A stretch of DNA of 62,545 nucleotides, taken from positions 1 through 62,545 of the forward strand of contig CAXXHA010000041.1 of assembly GCA_963662265.2 (NCBI GenBank), in the 5' to 3' direction. The DNA is from Spirochaetia bacterium (GTDB lineage Bacteria > Spirochaetota > Spirochaetia > CADAEX01). This document shows, in pieces, positions 50,805-61,784 of the stretch; the stretch's first letter is position 1; each line of letters opens with the position of its first letter. The translations under genes and the position numbers were made by a program. Below the pieces are notes generated by a model. The model made no database searches. It saw only the letters and a list, made by a program, of their open reading frames with translations, and was not told the origin of the DNA.

Positions 50805-51013
50805 ATATAGCTCCTCCAACAAGTCTGATATAAAAATTAATAAACAACTGTAATCAGTTTGTTAAACTGTCTTTTCCGTTTTTAAACTTTTTTTAAGGGA
50901 AAAATATTGAAAGCATATTACCTTTTCCTTCTTTTTGTTACAAGGATTTCATCCGAATCTTTACATATGCCTCTTCATGAGTGAATAATATTTTCTATAG
51001 ATGTATAGCATTA

Positions 51014-51042
51014 TTGACCGGCCATAATTTAATTTCTATAAT
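51014..51042 (+). promoter_or_regulatory. Near-consensus sigma70 promoter about 490 nt upstream of gltX
   Basis: TTGACC-17-TATAAT. Confidence 0.7.
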
Positions 51043-51363
51043 AGGTAAATCAGAAAAATGCAGAATACCGGGAAATTACTGGTTTTATTAACCGTTACTG
51101 AATATAATTTTCAATTTACTTCAGGGAATCAATGATTTCATAAACAGGCATTCGGTATAAATCAACATCCACAGCTGCACCCTGAAGTGCCACTTGCCAT
51201 CTTTTGATAGGCACATGCGTCTGTACCTTGAGTTTATTAAAAAAACTGACGGGTATAATATGCATTTTCAGGCGATTATCGGGAAGCATGAATGTTGTTC
51301 TGTAAGGTATGGATTGTATGGCGTGTTTTATTCGGTCTGATTCATATATAATATTTTAAAATA

Positions 51364-51512
51364 CGCAGCACGATGCGGGTCATAATAAAACCCTGGAGAG
51401 CATCACCTGTATTATGAAGGGCAATACCCGGAAGGCATACTGTGCCGCAGGTTCAGGTGGATAATCCTCTTTAAGGGGGTTCTGCTGTCAGGGCATATAA
51501 ACCCGCACTGCG
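51364..51512 (+). ncRNA. Putative structured leader RNA of the gltX-glyQS-tyrS operon, class unknown
   Basis: Nested stems CGCAG/CTGCG, TGCGGGT/ACCCGCA, CCCTG/CAGGG, CACCTG/CAGGTG, with three short inner hairpins. Confidence 0.45.
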
Positions 51513-51535
51513 AATAAATAAAGCGGAGAGTTAAT

Positions 51536-53020
51536 ATGAGTGTCAGAGTACGATATGCTCCCTCCCCGACAGGGATGCAGCATATTGGCGGTATAAGAAC
51601 TGCTTTGTTCAACTATTTTTTTGCAAGAGCCGAGGGCGGAAAATTTATACTGCGAGTGGAAGATACAGACAGGGAACGTTATCAGGAGGAGGCTCTTCAG
51701 GACCTCTATGATACGCTCAACTGGCTGGGGACAAAATGGGATGAAGGACCCGACGTGGGAGGGGATTACGGCCCCTATGTACAGTCCCAGCGAACAGAAC
51801 TTTACAGGGAATATGCAAGGAAACTGGTTGAAGACGGTCATGCGTATTACTGTTTCTGCTCATCTGAAAGACTTGATAAACTCAGAGAGGAACAGAAGAA
51901 GAACAAGAAAGACTCTTCCGGCTATGACAGAAAATGCAGAAACCTTACTCAGTCAGAGATTGATGAGTTTGAACGGGAAGGTATAAAACCAGTTATAAGG
52001 CTTAAAGTACCTCTTGACGGGGAGACTGTTTTCCATGATCACATACTCGGGAAGATTAAAAAGAAAAACAAGGATGTAAGTCCTGATCCTGTACTCCTGA
52101 AGTCGGACGGTTTTCCAACTTATCATCTTGCAAATGTGATTGATGATCATTTCATGGAAATTACACATATAATGAGAGCCCAGGAATGGCTTCCGTCAGG
52201 GCCTCTTCATGTGATTTTATACATGGCTTTCGGATGGGAGCCGCCTGTATACTGCCATCTCCCAATGGTTATGGGTAAGGATGGCCAGAAGCTGTCAAAG
52301 AGGCACGGGTCTACAGCTGTAAGGGATTTTATCGCGAAGGGATATCTTCCTGAAGCTGTCATGAACTATGTATCACTGATCGGGTGGTCATATGATGACT
52401 CAAGGGAGTTTTTTACACGTGAAGATCTTGAAGAGCTTTTTACTATAGACAAGCTTAACAAGGCTCCAGGTGTCTTTGACTATAAGAAGCTTGACTGGTT
52501 TAACGGACAGTATATCAGGAAAAAAACTGATGAAGAGCTTAAAGAACTTGTTCTTCCCTATCTGAAAAAGGCGGGTTTTGTATCACCGCAGATCACAGCT
52601 GAAGAGGATGATATTATTGATTCAATGATGCCTCTTGTCAAGGAGAGGCTGAAAGTCCTTTCAGATATAACAGAAGTTTCAGGGTTTCTTTTCAGGGATG
52701 TTGAAAACTATAATACTGCTGATATTATTCCGAAAAAGATTGATGCGGAAAAAACTGCTGAAGTTCTCACTCTTATGAAAGAGCGGATTGCAGATGTTAT
52801 CAACCTTCCAGAGGAAGAAGCAGATAATAAATTCAGGGAGTTTGCCGAAGAACTTGATGTTAAACTAGGCGATCTTCTCATGCCTTTCAGGGTTGCGGTA
52901 ACCGGAACAAGGATGTCTCCTCCGTTAATCGGTTCTGTTAAACTGCTTGGTCTTGAAAAAACTTATGCCCGTGTAGAGAGGGTAATAGATTTATTGAAAA
53001 ACGAGGTTAATTATGGCTAA
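51536..53020 (+). CDS. gltX: Glutamate--tRNA ligase
   Basis: RYAPSPTG, HIGG, KLSKRHG. Confidence 0.97.
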   Translation: MSVRVRYAPSPTGMQHIGGIRTALFNYFFARAEGGKFILRVEDTDRERYQEEALQDLYDTLNWLGTKWDEGPDVGGDYGPYVQSQRTELYREYARKLVEDGHAYYCFCSSERLDKLREEQKKNKKDSSGYDRKCRNLTQSEIDEFEREGIKPVIRLKVPLDGETVFHDHILGKIKKKNKDVSPDPVLLKSDGFPTYHLANVIDDHFMEITHIMRAQEWLPSGPLHVILYMAFGWEPPVYCHLPMVMGKDGQKLSKRHGSTAVRDFIAKGYLPEAVMNYVSLIGWSYDDSREFFTREDLEELFTIDKLNKAPGVFDYKKLDWFNGQYIRKKTDEELKELVLPYLKKAGFVSPQITAEEDDIIDSMMPLVKERLKVLSDITEVSGFLFRDVENYNTADIIPKKIDAEKTAEVLTLMKERIADVINLPEEEADNKFREFAEELDVKLGDLLMPFRVAVTGTRMSPPLIGSVKLLGLEKTYARVERVIDLLKNEVNYG

Positions 53021-54350
53021 TGAACTAACAATGGATACTCTGGTTTCCCTTTGTAAACGACGCGGTTTTGTTTTCCAGTCAAGTGAAATATACGGAGGAC
53101 TTTCTTCTGCATGGGATTACGGTCCTTTGGGAGTTGAGCTCAAGAAAAATATACAGGAATTCTGGTGGAAGGAAATGACCAGGCTTCATGACAATATAGT
53201 GGGGCTTGATGCGGCAATTCTTATGCACCCCAGGGTATGGGAAGCATCAGGGCATGTTGAAAATTTTACAGATCCTCTTGTTGACTGTAAAAACTGTAAA
53301 CAGAGATTCAGGGAAGATAAAATTCCTGAAGAAAACAAGAATTCCAAAAAATGCCCGGAATGCGGCGGTGAACTCACAGATCCCAGAAACTTCAACCTGA
53401 TGTTCAAGACACATATGGGTCCTGTAGATGAAGGGGGAAATGTTGTATTCCTCAGACCTGAAACTGCACAGGGTATTTATGTCAACTTCAAAAACATTGT
53501 CCAGACAAGCCGTGTAAAAGTGCCTTTCGGAATTGCGCAGGTAGGTAAGGCTTTCAGAAACGAGATTACAACAAAGAATTTTATTTTCAGAACATGTGAA
53601 TTCGAGCAGATGGAGATGCAGTTTTTCATCAACCCTTCTGAGGATGACAAATGGTTTGAATACTGGAAAAAAGAAAGATGGAACTACTATGAAAAACTCG
53701 GCATCAGAATGAACAAGCTCAGGTTCCACCAGCACGGTCCGGATGAACTTGCCCACTATGCAAAAGATGCCTACGATATTGAGTATGAATTCCCGATGGG
53801 ATGGCAGGAACTCGAAGGTGTTCACAACAGAACAGACTTTGACCTTAAACGGCATACAGAATTCTGCGGCAAGGAACAGTCATATCTTGATGAGGGAACA
53901 AAGGAAAGATTTATTCCTTATGTTATTGAAACTTCAGCAGGTCTTACAAGAACTGTTCTTACTGTTCTCTCTGATGCATATGAAGAGCAGCAGATTGATG
54001 AAAAGGATTCACGTGTAGTTATGCACTTCCATCCGAACATCGCACCTGTTAAAGTTGCAGTCTTCCCTCTTGTCAAGAAAGACGGACTTGCAGAACTTGC
54101 AAAAGATATTGAGAAGAACCTGAGAGATGATTTTTCAACATTCTACGACCAGAGTGGCGCTATTGGAAGAAGGTACAGAAGAATGGATGAAATAGGAACT
54201 CCTTACTGTATTACAGTTGACTATGATACAAAGGAAGACAATACAGTAACATTAAGATTCAGAGACTCAATGGAGCAGGTCAGAATTAAGATTGATGAAA
54301 TACCTGAGTTTATCAGAAAAGCAGACAGAGAATACAAAAGAGGTGAATAA
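53013..54350 (+). CDS. glyQS: Glycine--tRNA ligase (alpha2 type)
   Basis: [39 protein letters not shown]. Confidence 0.96.
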   Translation: MANELTMDTLVSLCKRRGFVFQSSEIYGGLSSAWDYGPLGVELKKNIQEFWWKEMTRLHDNIVGLDAAILMHPRVWEASGHVENFTDPLVDCKNCKQRFREDKIPEENKNSKKCPECGGELTDPRNFNLMFKTHMGPVDEGGNVVFLRPETAQGIYVNFKNIVQTSRVKVPFGIAQVGKAFRNEITTKNFIFRTCEFEQMEMQFFINPSEDDKWFEYWKKERWNYYEKLGIRMNKLRFHQHGPDELAHYAKDAYDIEYEFPMGWQELEGVHNRTDFDLKRHTEFCGKEQSYLDEGTKERFIPYVIETSAGLTRTVLTVLSDAYEEQQIDEKDSRVVMHFHPNIAPVKVAVFPLVKKDGLAELAKDIEKNLRDDFSTFYDQSGAIGRRYRRMDEIGTPYCITVDYDTKEDNTVTLRFRDSMEQVRIKIDEIPEFIRKADREYKRGE

Positions 54351-54352
54351 CA

Positions 54353-55583
54353 ATGAATGAAGCACTTAAAATTTTACAGGAAAGGGGATTTGTAAAGCAG
54401 TGTACAGACCTTGATCTACTAAGCAGAAAACTTGATGAGGGGGTTGTTACATTTTACTGCGGATTCGATCCCACAGGACCCTCTCTCCATGCAGGTCACC
54501 TTGTACCTCTTTTTGCGATGGCACATCTTAACAGGGCAGGGCACAAGGCTATTGCTCTTGTAGGGGGGGGGGACCGCAAGAATCGGCGACCCTTCAGGCA
54601 AGACAGAGATGAGAAAGATTCTCTCTATTGAAGATATAAAATCAAATGCCGAGAAACTTAAAGTTCAGATTGCAAGATTTATTGATTTTGAAAACAACAA
54701 TGCACTTCTTCTTGATAATGCTGAATGGCTTGCTGACCTTAACTATATTGATTTCCTCAGGGAGATTGGAAGCCAGTTTTCTGTAAACAGAATGCTTGGT
54801 TTTGAAGCTTACAAGCAGAGACTTGAAAAAGGCCTTTCTTTTATCGAGTTCAACTACCAGCTTCTTCAGTCATATGACTTCCTTACCCTGAATCAGAAAT
54901 ACGGCTGTGAACTCCAGATCGGCGGAGATGACCAGTGGGGCAATATTGTTGCAGGGGCAGACCTTACAAGAAGAAAAGCCGGCAATGAGGTAATCGGACT
55001 TACTTTCCCTCTCGTAACAAGATCTGACGGAAAGAAGATGGGTAAGACTGAAAAGGGCGCCCTCTTCATGAATCCTGAAATGACCCCAGTATTCGATTTC
55101 TTCCAGTATTGGAGAAATGTTGCAGATGCTGATGTTGGAAAATTCCTCGGCCTCTATACATTCCTCCCGATTGAGGAGATCCGGGAACTCGGAAAACTCC
55201 AGGACCAGGAAATCAACAGGGCTAAAGAGGTTCTTGCATATGAAATCACAAAGATTATTCACGGCAAGGAAGAGGCTGACAAGGCTCTTGCAGCAGCAAA
55301 GGCTGCTTTCGGCGGAGATTCACAGGACAAGTCTGCAATTCCTTCATCAGAAATTGCGGCAGCTGATCTTGAAAAGGGAATCAATGTTCTCGACCTCTAT
55401 GCAATGACTTCACTCTGTTCATCAAAGGGTGAGGCAAGACGTCTTGTTACCCAGGGCGGAGCTACAATCTCTGAAAAGAAGATTACAGATATCGATGCTG
55501 TTATCGATTCTTCATATGTTGAAGAGGGCGAAATCATGATGAAGGCCGGCAAGAAGAGACATTTCAGGCTGATAGTAAAATAA
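54353..55583 (+). CDS. tyrS: Tyrosine--tRNA ligase with a +1 frameshift in a G10 run
   Basis: YCGFDPT, HAGH; removing one G at 54563-54572 restores [14 protein letters not shown]; [15 protein letters not shown]4 domain. Confidence 0.95.
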
Positions 55584-55638
55584 ATTAAACAGCTTACTGG
55601 CAGCATGATAAAGCGGTCAATGAAATAATATAATAATT

Positions 55639-55673
55639 AAATCCTGTGTATCGCTGATATACAGGATTTTTTT
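55639..55673 (+). terminator. Intrinsic terminator
   Basis: AAATCCTGTGTATC/GATATACAGGATTT plus T-run. Confidence 0.75.
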
Positions 55674-55763
55674 AACTGCAAATTCTTTAAAACTGTTATT
55701 ATGAATCTGTTTTACATGGCTATGTAATAATATCAAAAAAAAGAATTAAAAAAGGAGTTTTAT

Positions 55764-56096
55764 ATGGAAATATTTCCTGAAGCTGTACAGAATCTGCCGC
55801 TTGCTGATATACCGGTTGAAGGCTTAAAAGCATATCTTTCTCAAGGGAATGATCACCAGATTCTTTTTATGGAGTTTGACAATGATACAGATCTTCCTGA
55901 ACATTTCCATGAAAGCCAGTACGGGATTGTTCTTGAAGGAAGGATTGATCTTGTGATTGACGGGGAAAAGAAGAGCTTTGGAAAAGGAGACAGGTATTAT
56001 ATTCCATCCGGAGTGAAGCATTCAGGTAAAATATATGCCGGTTATGCAGATATGACATTTTTTAACGAAAAAGACAGATATTCTGAGAAAAAATAA
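55764..56096 (+). CDS. Cupin domain protein
   Basis: PEHFHESQYGIVLEG, GDRYYIPSGVKH. Confidence 0.88.
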   Translation: MEIFPEAVQNLPLADIPVEGLKAYLSQGNDHQILFMEFDNDTDLPEHFHESQYGIVLEGRIDLVIDGEKKSFGKGDRYYIPSGVKHSGKIYAGYADMTFFNEKDRYSEKK

Positions 56097-56217
56097 TTTT
56101 AAAAATCTGATGACTTTTTCAGTATCTTATTCCTGCTGTTTTTCAGGGATAAGATTATTATCTTCTAATTTTTTTGAATAAAATATATCCTGTTTTCCTT
56201 TTACATACACTTTTTGC

Positions 56218-56283
56218 ATGACAAAAGTCATATAAAATATGTAACTCTCTTCACTGTTCTTCTCTCTTAATAAGAATCACAAT
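56218..56283 (+). promoter_or_regulatory. Candidate NarL-type response-regulator-activated promoter
   Basis: ATGAC-AAAA-GTCAT, 19 nt, TCACT, 22 nt, CACAAT. Confidence 0.55.
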
Positions 56284-56397
56284 AAACATAAAATACTATA
56301 TCTTTCAGTGTAACATGGTTGAGGAAAAAAATAATGGTGTTTTCGGACTCTTCAAAATCTTCAATTCTGAAAATAGAACAAATAAGGCGGTTATAAG

Positions 56398-56958
56398 ATG
56401 AATGTATGTGCTGATAAGTTAGATACTATTCTGCTATCGGAAAATGAAAAAAAACATATCTGTGTCCTTCTGAAAAAAGTTGTTGAGACTATCTATAATG
56501 CAGAATTTGACTTTTATCTGGGATCTGCCAGGTATAAACATAATGAGAGAAGAAAGTATAATTACAGAAACGGGTTCGGCCGGAAGAAACTGAAAACCTC
56601 ATTCGGTAATGTAGATGTTAAAACTCCCCGTGACAGGAGCGGCAGTTTCTGTCCTGTAATTGTCAGAAAAAGACAACGGAATATTTCAGGTTATGAGAAT
56701 ACATTTCTTTCAATGATCTCTATCAACAGGAAACATGAGGATATTATTGAATACCTTTTATCGGTTTCAAAAATTGCGGATATAGACAGGGATTATCTGC
56801 TTCTCTCTTATATTGCAGATTCTCTTTCCAGGCTTTCAGTGGAAATAAATACTCAGAACATTGAATTTGATGAAATCCTTCATATTCATGATTCCATCGA
56901 TATTTATTCGGCATTTGACATGAAATATTTATCAATTATAACACATAACGACATCTGA
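56398..56958 (+). CDS. IS256 (Mutator) transposase N-terminal-like protein, no DDE domain
   Basis: AEFDFYLG, NYRNG, KTSFG, TPRDRSGSF.P.IV.KRQR; divergent thereafter. Confidence 0.7.
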   Translation: MNVCADKLDTILLSENEKKHICVLLKKVVETIYNAEFDFYLGSARYKHNERRKYNYRNGFGRKKLKTSFGNVDVKTPRDRSGSFCPVIVRKRQRNISGYENTFLSMISINRKHEDIIEYLLSVSKIADIDRDYLLLSYIADSLSRLSVEINTQNIEFDEILHIHDSIDIYSAFDMKYLSIITHNDI

Positions 56959-57023
56959 GCAGCAGGTTGAGTAATTATTAAGCTGTCAACAATAAATTAA
57001 AAATCCCTGTCTTCAATAACTGA

Positions 57024-57710
57024 TTATTCTTTATCTGCAAAACCCAGTTTATATGCAAGCAGGGCAGCCTGTGTCCTGTCCCTGAGGTCAAGCGCTGTAA
57101 GTATGTTGGATACATAGTTTTTAACAGTTCCTTCGCTTAAAAATAATGTCTCTGCTATTTCCCTGTTTGTCAGGCCTCTTGAAATTTCCGACAGCACTTC
57201 TCTTTCCCTTTCAGGCATGGATCTTATTATTTTAAGCAGTTCATTATCCCCTTCGCTGAGGTTTTTCTCCTCTTTCAAAGCAGTGCTGTTTAGATTTCCC
57301 ACCAGTTTTCCTGCTGCTGAATCCGCAAGCTGGTATATCCCCTGGTAGGCCAGCCTTACAGCCTGTGCAAGTTCATAATCAGGTATATCTTTCAGAAGAT
57401 AACCGACAGCTCCTGCCTTGAGAGATTTTATTATATATTCATCATCATCAAATGTTGTAAGCATTATGATTCTGCTGCAGTATCCTTCTTTGATTATTTT
57501 TTCTGCAGCTGCAATACCGTCCATAACCGGCATTCTGATATCCATGAGAATTACATCCGGTTTAATCTCTCCGGCTTTTTTTACTGCCTCTTTTCCGTTA
57601 GATGCAGTTCCTGCTATTGTAATATTTTCCTGAAGCGAGAGAAGTGATGCTATCCCGTCACGTATAAGGCTCTGGTCATCAACTATCATAAGATTGATTA
57701 TATTGCTCAT
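57024..57710 (-). CDS. NarL/LuxR family response regulator
   Basis: VDDQ, LMDIRMP, LTTFDD, YLLKD, LSEGTVKNYVS. Confidence 0.95.
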   Translation of the reverse strand: MSNIINLMIVDDQSLIRDGIASLLSLQENITIAGTASNGKEAVKKAGEIKPDVILMDIRMPVMDGIAAAEKIIKEGYCSRIIMLTTFDDDEYIIKSLKAGAVGYLLKDIPDYELAQAVRLAYQGIYQLADSAAGKLVGNLNSTALKEEKNLSEGDNELLKIIRSMPEREREVLSEISRGLTNREIAETLFLSEGTVKNYVSNILTALDLRDRTQAALLAYKLGFADKE

Positions 57711-57861
57711 ATTATATTCTCCAATTCTGCAGATCTCCGGAATTATTATTCCTTTTAAACCTGATTTCCGCTGCAAGTTAAATTATTATTTAGCGCTTCA
57801 TTATTTATCAAAAAATAAAACTGTAATTAAAAGTATGACAACTAAAAAACAGCCAGGTATA

Positions 57862-59109
57862 TTATTCTGTTGCAACAGGATTAAACGGGGCTGAGACAGA
57901 TATTACTGTTCCCTTTCCGATAACAGAGGAGATTTCCACTTCTCCCCTTAACAGTTCAATTCTCTGTTTTATTCCTGAAATACCGGATGATGTTTCAGAA
58001 ACTGATCCGGTATCAAACCCCTTCCCGTTATCGCTGATCAGCGCAGTTGCCTTCCTGTCCTGAAAAAGAAGTGAAATGCTGATCTCGCTGCATCCGGAAT
58101 ATTTTACAGCATTTGTCAGGGCTTCCTGAATAATTCTGAAATATGCCAGCTTTACAGCGTAGCTGCATTCAGAGTCATCTCCTGTAATATTATAATGTAT
58201 TTCAATTCCGTTTCCTTCAATTCTTTTTATCACATCCCTGATGATATCGGTAAAACGGAAATTTTCCACATCTTTAAGGCTTCTTACAGAATCCCTCACA
58301 TCATCCATGGCTTCTTTTGCAGTTTTCTGTGCGTTTTCAATTGCCCTGAGTGCTTCATCAGGGTTGATTGTGAAAAATGCTTTTGCTTTTGCAAGCTGAA
58401 TATTTGTTGCTGTAAGGTAATGTCCTATGCTGTCATGTATATCCCGTGCAAGCCTGTTCCTCTCCTCTATTGCAACTGTATCAGCTATCCTGCTTGCGTA
58501 TTCTTTTATTTTCGCATTGGAAGTTTTAAGTTCCTCCATAAGCTGCATATTTTTCATTGTACTTTTTTTCTCTTCCAGGAGAAGAAAGCCCATAACATAG
58601 AAAAACACAACTTTAAAGAACCTCAGTATATCCATGAAAATCTTGAAAATATCTGAAGGCTTTTCCCTCAGGTTGGATGGTTCAAGTGCGAAATAGGGGA
58701 TTATTATGGAAATAATAATTAATAAAAGAAGAATGATTTCTCTTGTCCCTTTTTTAAAAACAAAAACAGCATAGAAAATAACAAGCGGACCGAATATATA
58801 TGCATACAGGTCTGTGCTTCTCAATACCAGCAGCAGGAGAAACGGAAAAGATCTTAAAGCAAATAATATATATTTCTTTTTTTGGGGTGTTTCATATTTC
58901 CAAATAGAGTATTCAGCATACTCCAGAATCAATATAAATATTGCAGATATCAATGTTATATAAGGAAAAATGTTGAAATCTGTTCCCTTTATATTTCTTT
59001 GCAGAAAAAATCTTAAAAAGAGAGGTGAGTGTATTCCCATATATGCAGTTATCAGAAATACCCTGATAAGATTCTGATTTGAAACTGTAAGTCCTTTCAT
59101 TCTGTTCAT
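57862..59109 (-). CDS. Membrane sensor histidine kinase (HisKA_3)
   Basis: EERNRLARDIHDSIGH, QEALTNAVKY, DNGKGF. Confidence 0.93.
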   Translation of the reverse strand: MNRMKGLTVSNQNLIRVFLITAYMGIHSPLFLRFFLQRNIKGTDFNIFPYITLISAIFILILEYAEYSIWKYETPQKKKYILFALRSFPFLLLLVLRSTDLYAYIFGPLVIFYAVFVFKKGTREIILLLLIIISIIIPYFALEPSNLREKPSDIFKIFMDILRFFKVVFFYVMGFLLLEEKKSTMKNMQLMEELKTSNAKIKEYASRIADTVAIEERNRLARDIHDSIGHYLTATNIQLAKAKAFFTINPDEALRAIENAQKTAKEAMDDVRDSVRSLKDVENFRFTDIIRDVIKRIEGNGIEIHYNITGDDSECSYAVKLAYFRIIQEALTNAVKYSGCSEISISLLFQDRKATALISDNGKGFDTGSVSETSSGISGIKQRIELLRGEVEISSVIGKGTVISVSAPFNPVATE

Positions 59110-59178
59110 CGCAGACACATTATAACATAGTTGAAAATAGATAAAACGGCGAAAAGTAATAAAATTGCATTCAAAACT

Positions 59179-59244
59179 TGTGACGAAAGTCACAGGATTA
59201 AGTATCTCTATTCACTCCCTTTCCCGGTTTTACGGATGCATAAT
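59179..59244 (+). promoter_or_regulatory. Candidate response-regulator-activated promoter of the efflux operon
   Basis: TGTGAC-GAAA-GTCACA, then TCACT, 22 nt, extended -10 TG-CATAAT. Confidence 0.6.
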
Positions 59245-59355
59245 AGCAGCATAAAGATCGGTACAATGCTGTGCGGCGGAAAGAAATGCCTCAAGCCTGG
59301 CTTGTTTCTGATCAGTATTGTTTTTATCAGATATGAAAATAACGGAAGGGGATAA

Positions 59356-60750
59356 ATGGGAATTAATATCAGGCGGATAATATCCGCAGTTTTTTTTATT
59401 TTATTATCAGCCGGCTTATTTGCCGAACCGGAGAGCCTTGAAAAAAACAGCAAAGAGGATGAAAAGAATCATGCAGAATATATTGTTATAACAAGGGAAA
59501 AAGCTGTTGAAATGGCGCTCAGTTACAGCAGGGAGATTAAAAGCAGCAGGATAGATTATGAGCAGGCGGAAAGAAGTTCAAGATATTCCTGGAATGAAAT
59601 TATACCTAAGCTGAGCTTCTCAGGCGGAGTAAATTCAACAGGTGATACAGATTCTTTTTCTGCAGGGGAGAATCCCTTCAATGCTGAGTATTCTGCCTCC
59701 CTTTCATTTTCACTCAGTCCAGATCTGAGGGAAAACATTAAGCAGAAATCACTTGCACAGGATATTCAGAAGATAAGTCTTGAAATGTCGACAGATGCTG
59801 TAAAGAACAGCGCCGAGAAAATGTTTTACTATCTTCTGGCATCGGAGAAAAACATTGAAATAAAGGAGAAGGCACTATCACTTGCTTTAAAACAGTACAG
59901 CCAGACAGAGATTAATTTCAGAAACGGGCTGGCTTCAGAGCTTCAGCTGCTTCAGGCAAGAATTAATGCGGAAAACAGGAAACCTGATATTGCAAGCGCC
60001 AGGCTTGATTATGAAAATACGCTTATCAGTTTCAAGGATCTCCTGGGAATTGACAGAAACAGCAGTATAAAACTCTCTGGTGACCTTGAGACAGAAACAC
60101 TTGAGCTTGAATCTGAAAAACTGATCGATATATATCTGAAATCGCTTCCTGAAATAAAAAGCAGCGAGAAAATACTTTCCTATAATGAATCTGTTGCAGA
60201 TGGAGTAAGAAAGGCAAACAATATTCCGGTATTCTCTGTTTCAGGAAGCTATAAAAATACGCTTAATGATTTTACAGAAAATATCCCCACTTCATCCGCC
60301 GCATCTGTAAACAGCGGGGAGTGGACAGATTCAGCTTCTGTTACTCTTGCCCTTTCCTGGTCTCCCAATTCCCTGCTGGGTTTTTCATCTGAAAAACAGC
60401 AGCAGAAGTCTGCAGAAGATTCTCTTGAAAAATCAATTCTGTCACATGCAGATCTGCTGGAATCAAAGGAAAAGGAAATTATAACTTCGGTCCTTGAAAT
60501 AGATACATATGAAGAAAACCTGAATGTCTCAAGACTCAACAGGGAGCTTGCAGTCCGTTCTTATGAGATGACTGAAGAATCATTTAAAAAAGGAACAGCT
60601 GAAAGCCTTGAAGTGGACGAGGCCAGGCAGGAGTGGGAAACAGCGGAGCAGAATTACCTTTCCAGCCTTTACAGTTACAGGTCTGCGGTTCTTGATCTTG
60701 CATACCTTTTAAATACTGATATCGAAACCCTCAGAAGGAGCGGAAAATAA
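59356..60750 (+). CDS. TolC family outer membrane protein
   Basis: Signal peptide, OEP repeats, precedes MFP and RND genes. Confidence 0.85.
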   Translation: MGINIRRIISAVFFILLSAGLFAEPESLEKNSKEDEKNHAEYIVITREKAVEMALSYSREIKSSRIDYEQAERSSRYSWNEIIPKLSFSGGVNSTGDTDSFSAGENPFNAEYSASLSFSLSPDLRENIKQKSLAQDIQKISLEMSTDAVKNSAEKMFYYLLASEKNIEIKEKALSLALKQYSQTEINFRNGLASELQLLQARINAENRKPDIASARLDYENTLISFKDLLGIDRNSSIKLSGDLETETLELESEKLIDIYLKSLPEIKSSEKILSYNESVADGVRKANNIPVFSVSGSYKNTLNDFTENIPTSSAASVNSGEWTDSASVTLALSWSPNSLLGFSSEKQQQKSAEDSLEKSILSHADLLESKEKEIITSVLEIDTYEENLNVSRLNRELAVRSYEMTEESFKKGTAESLEVDEARQEWETAEQNYLSSLYSYRSAVLDLAYLLNTDIETLRRSGK

Positions 60751-61784
60751 TGGGAAAAAATATAAAAAAGACAGGAACAGTCACAAGGATTGTTCTTATT
60801 ATTTCAATTGCAGTCTTAACAGGTTCTGTTGCTGTGAAAAATATAGGTGCGTCCTCAACAGGGGGAAGAGCAGGAAGCGGAATAGCTGCAGGTGGAAGAC
60901 CCGGGCCTGCTGAAACCGGAAGCAGGCCTTCAGGGGATGATGCCGGAAAGAAGGGGATGAACAGTCAGGATTCATCAGGTCTGAATGAGACTGTGTTTTC
61001 TGTAATTACCGGGAATCCTGAAACAGGAGTTGTCAGGGAATTTATCAAGGTAAACGGTGATATCACATCTGAGAACAGCGTGGAAATATATCCAGATACA
61101 TCGGGAAAGCTAGTTAAAAGATATGTATCAATTGGTGATTATATCAGGAAAGGCGATGTTATTGCCGAAGTTGATCCTTCAAAACCGGGAACTGTATATG
61201 AGGCAAGCCCTGTTGAATCAACAATAACAGGCACTGTCACAAGACTTCCCGGAAGTATCGGCGATACTGTTGGTACATCAAGTTCGATTGCTGTTATAGG
61301 AGATCTCTCCAGGCTTCAGATCCAGGTCTTTATACCGGAGAAAGAGATAACATGGATAAAAACAGGTCTTGAAGGGGAAGCTGCACTTGCACCCTACAGC
61401 GGAGAATATATTCCTGTCAGGATTACAGAGGTCAGCCCTGTTATTGATCCTGATTCCAGGACTCTCGAGGTCAAGCTTGAAGCAGCAGATGAAGGGGAAC
61501 ACAGGATGAAAGCAGGTATGTTTGCCTCTGTCCTGATTTATACAAGGACAGCGGAAAATGTTCTTACAGTCCCTCTTGAGGCTGTGCTAAGCGACGGGAA
61601 AGGTGAGTTTGTTTATACAGCTGTAAACGGGAAAGCAGCTGTGAAATATATTGTAACAGGGCTGAAGTCATCAAGCAGGGCTGAGGTCAGAAGCGGGCTT
61701 ACAGGAGAGGATTCAGTAATTGTCAGGGGTCAGAACCTTGTAAGCGGAGGATCTTCTGTCAGGGTAATTGAAGGGGGAATGTAA
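60750..61784 (+). CDS. RND periplasmic adaptor (MFP)
   Basis: VESTITGTV, VSPVIDPDSRT, MKAGMFA. Confidence 0.9.
   Translation: MGKNIKKTGTVTRIVLIISIAVLTGSVAVKNIGASSTGGRAGSGIAAGGRPGPAETGSRPSGDDAGKKGMNSQDSSGLNETVFSVITGNPETGVVREFIKVNGDITSENSVEIYPDTSGKLVKRYVSIGDYIRKGDVIAEVDPSKPGTVYEASPVESTITGTVTRLPGSIGDTVGTSSSIAVIGDLSRLQIQVFIPEKEITWIKTGLEGEAALAPYSGEYIPVRITEVSPVIDPDSRTLEVKLEAADEGEHRMKAGMFASVLIYTRTAENVLTVPLEAVLSDGKGEFVYTAVNGKAAVKYIVTGLKSSSRAEVRSGLTGEDSVIVRGQNLVSGGSSVRVIEGGM

Noticed and set aside
51364-51512. Canonical T-box or glycine riboswitch
   Set aside because: No GGTGGNACC antiterminator bulge or U-tract terminator; glycine-aptamer motifs are incorrectly spaced
54563-54572. Programmed frameshift or phase variation in tyrS (G10)
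   Set aside because: tyrS is normally essential, and the same +1 homopolymer pattern occurs at 23080 and 25903; a sequencing error is far more likely
56398-56958. Active IS256 element
   Set aside because: Less than half the usual transposase length, no catalytic domain, no terminal inverted repeats seen
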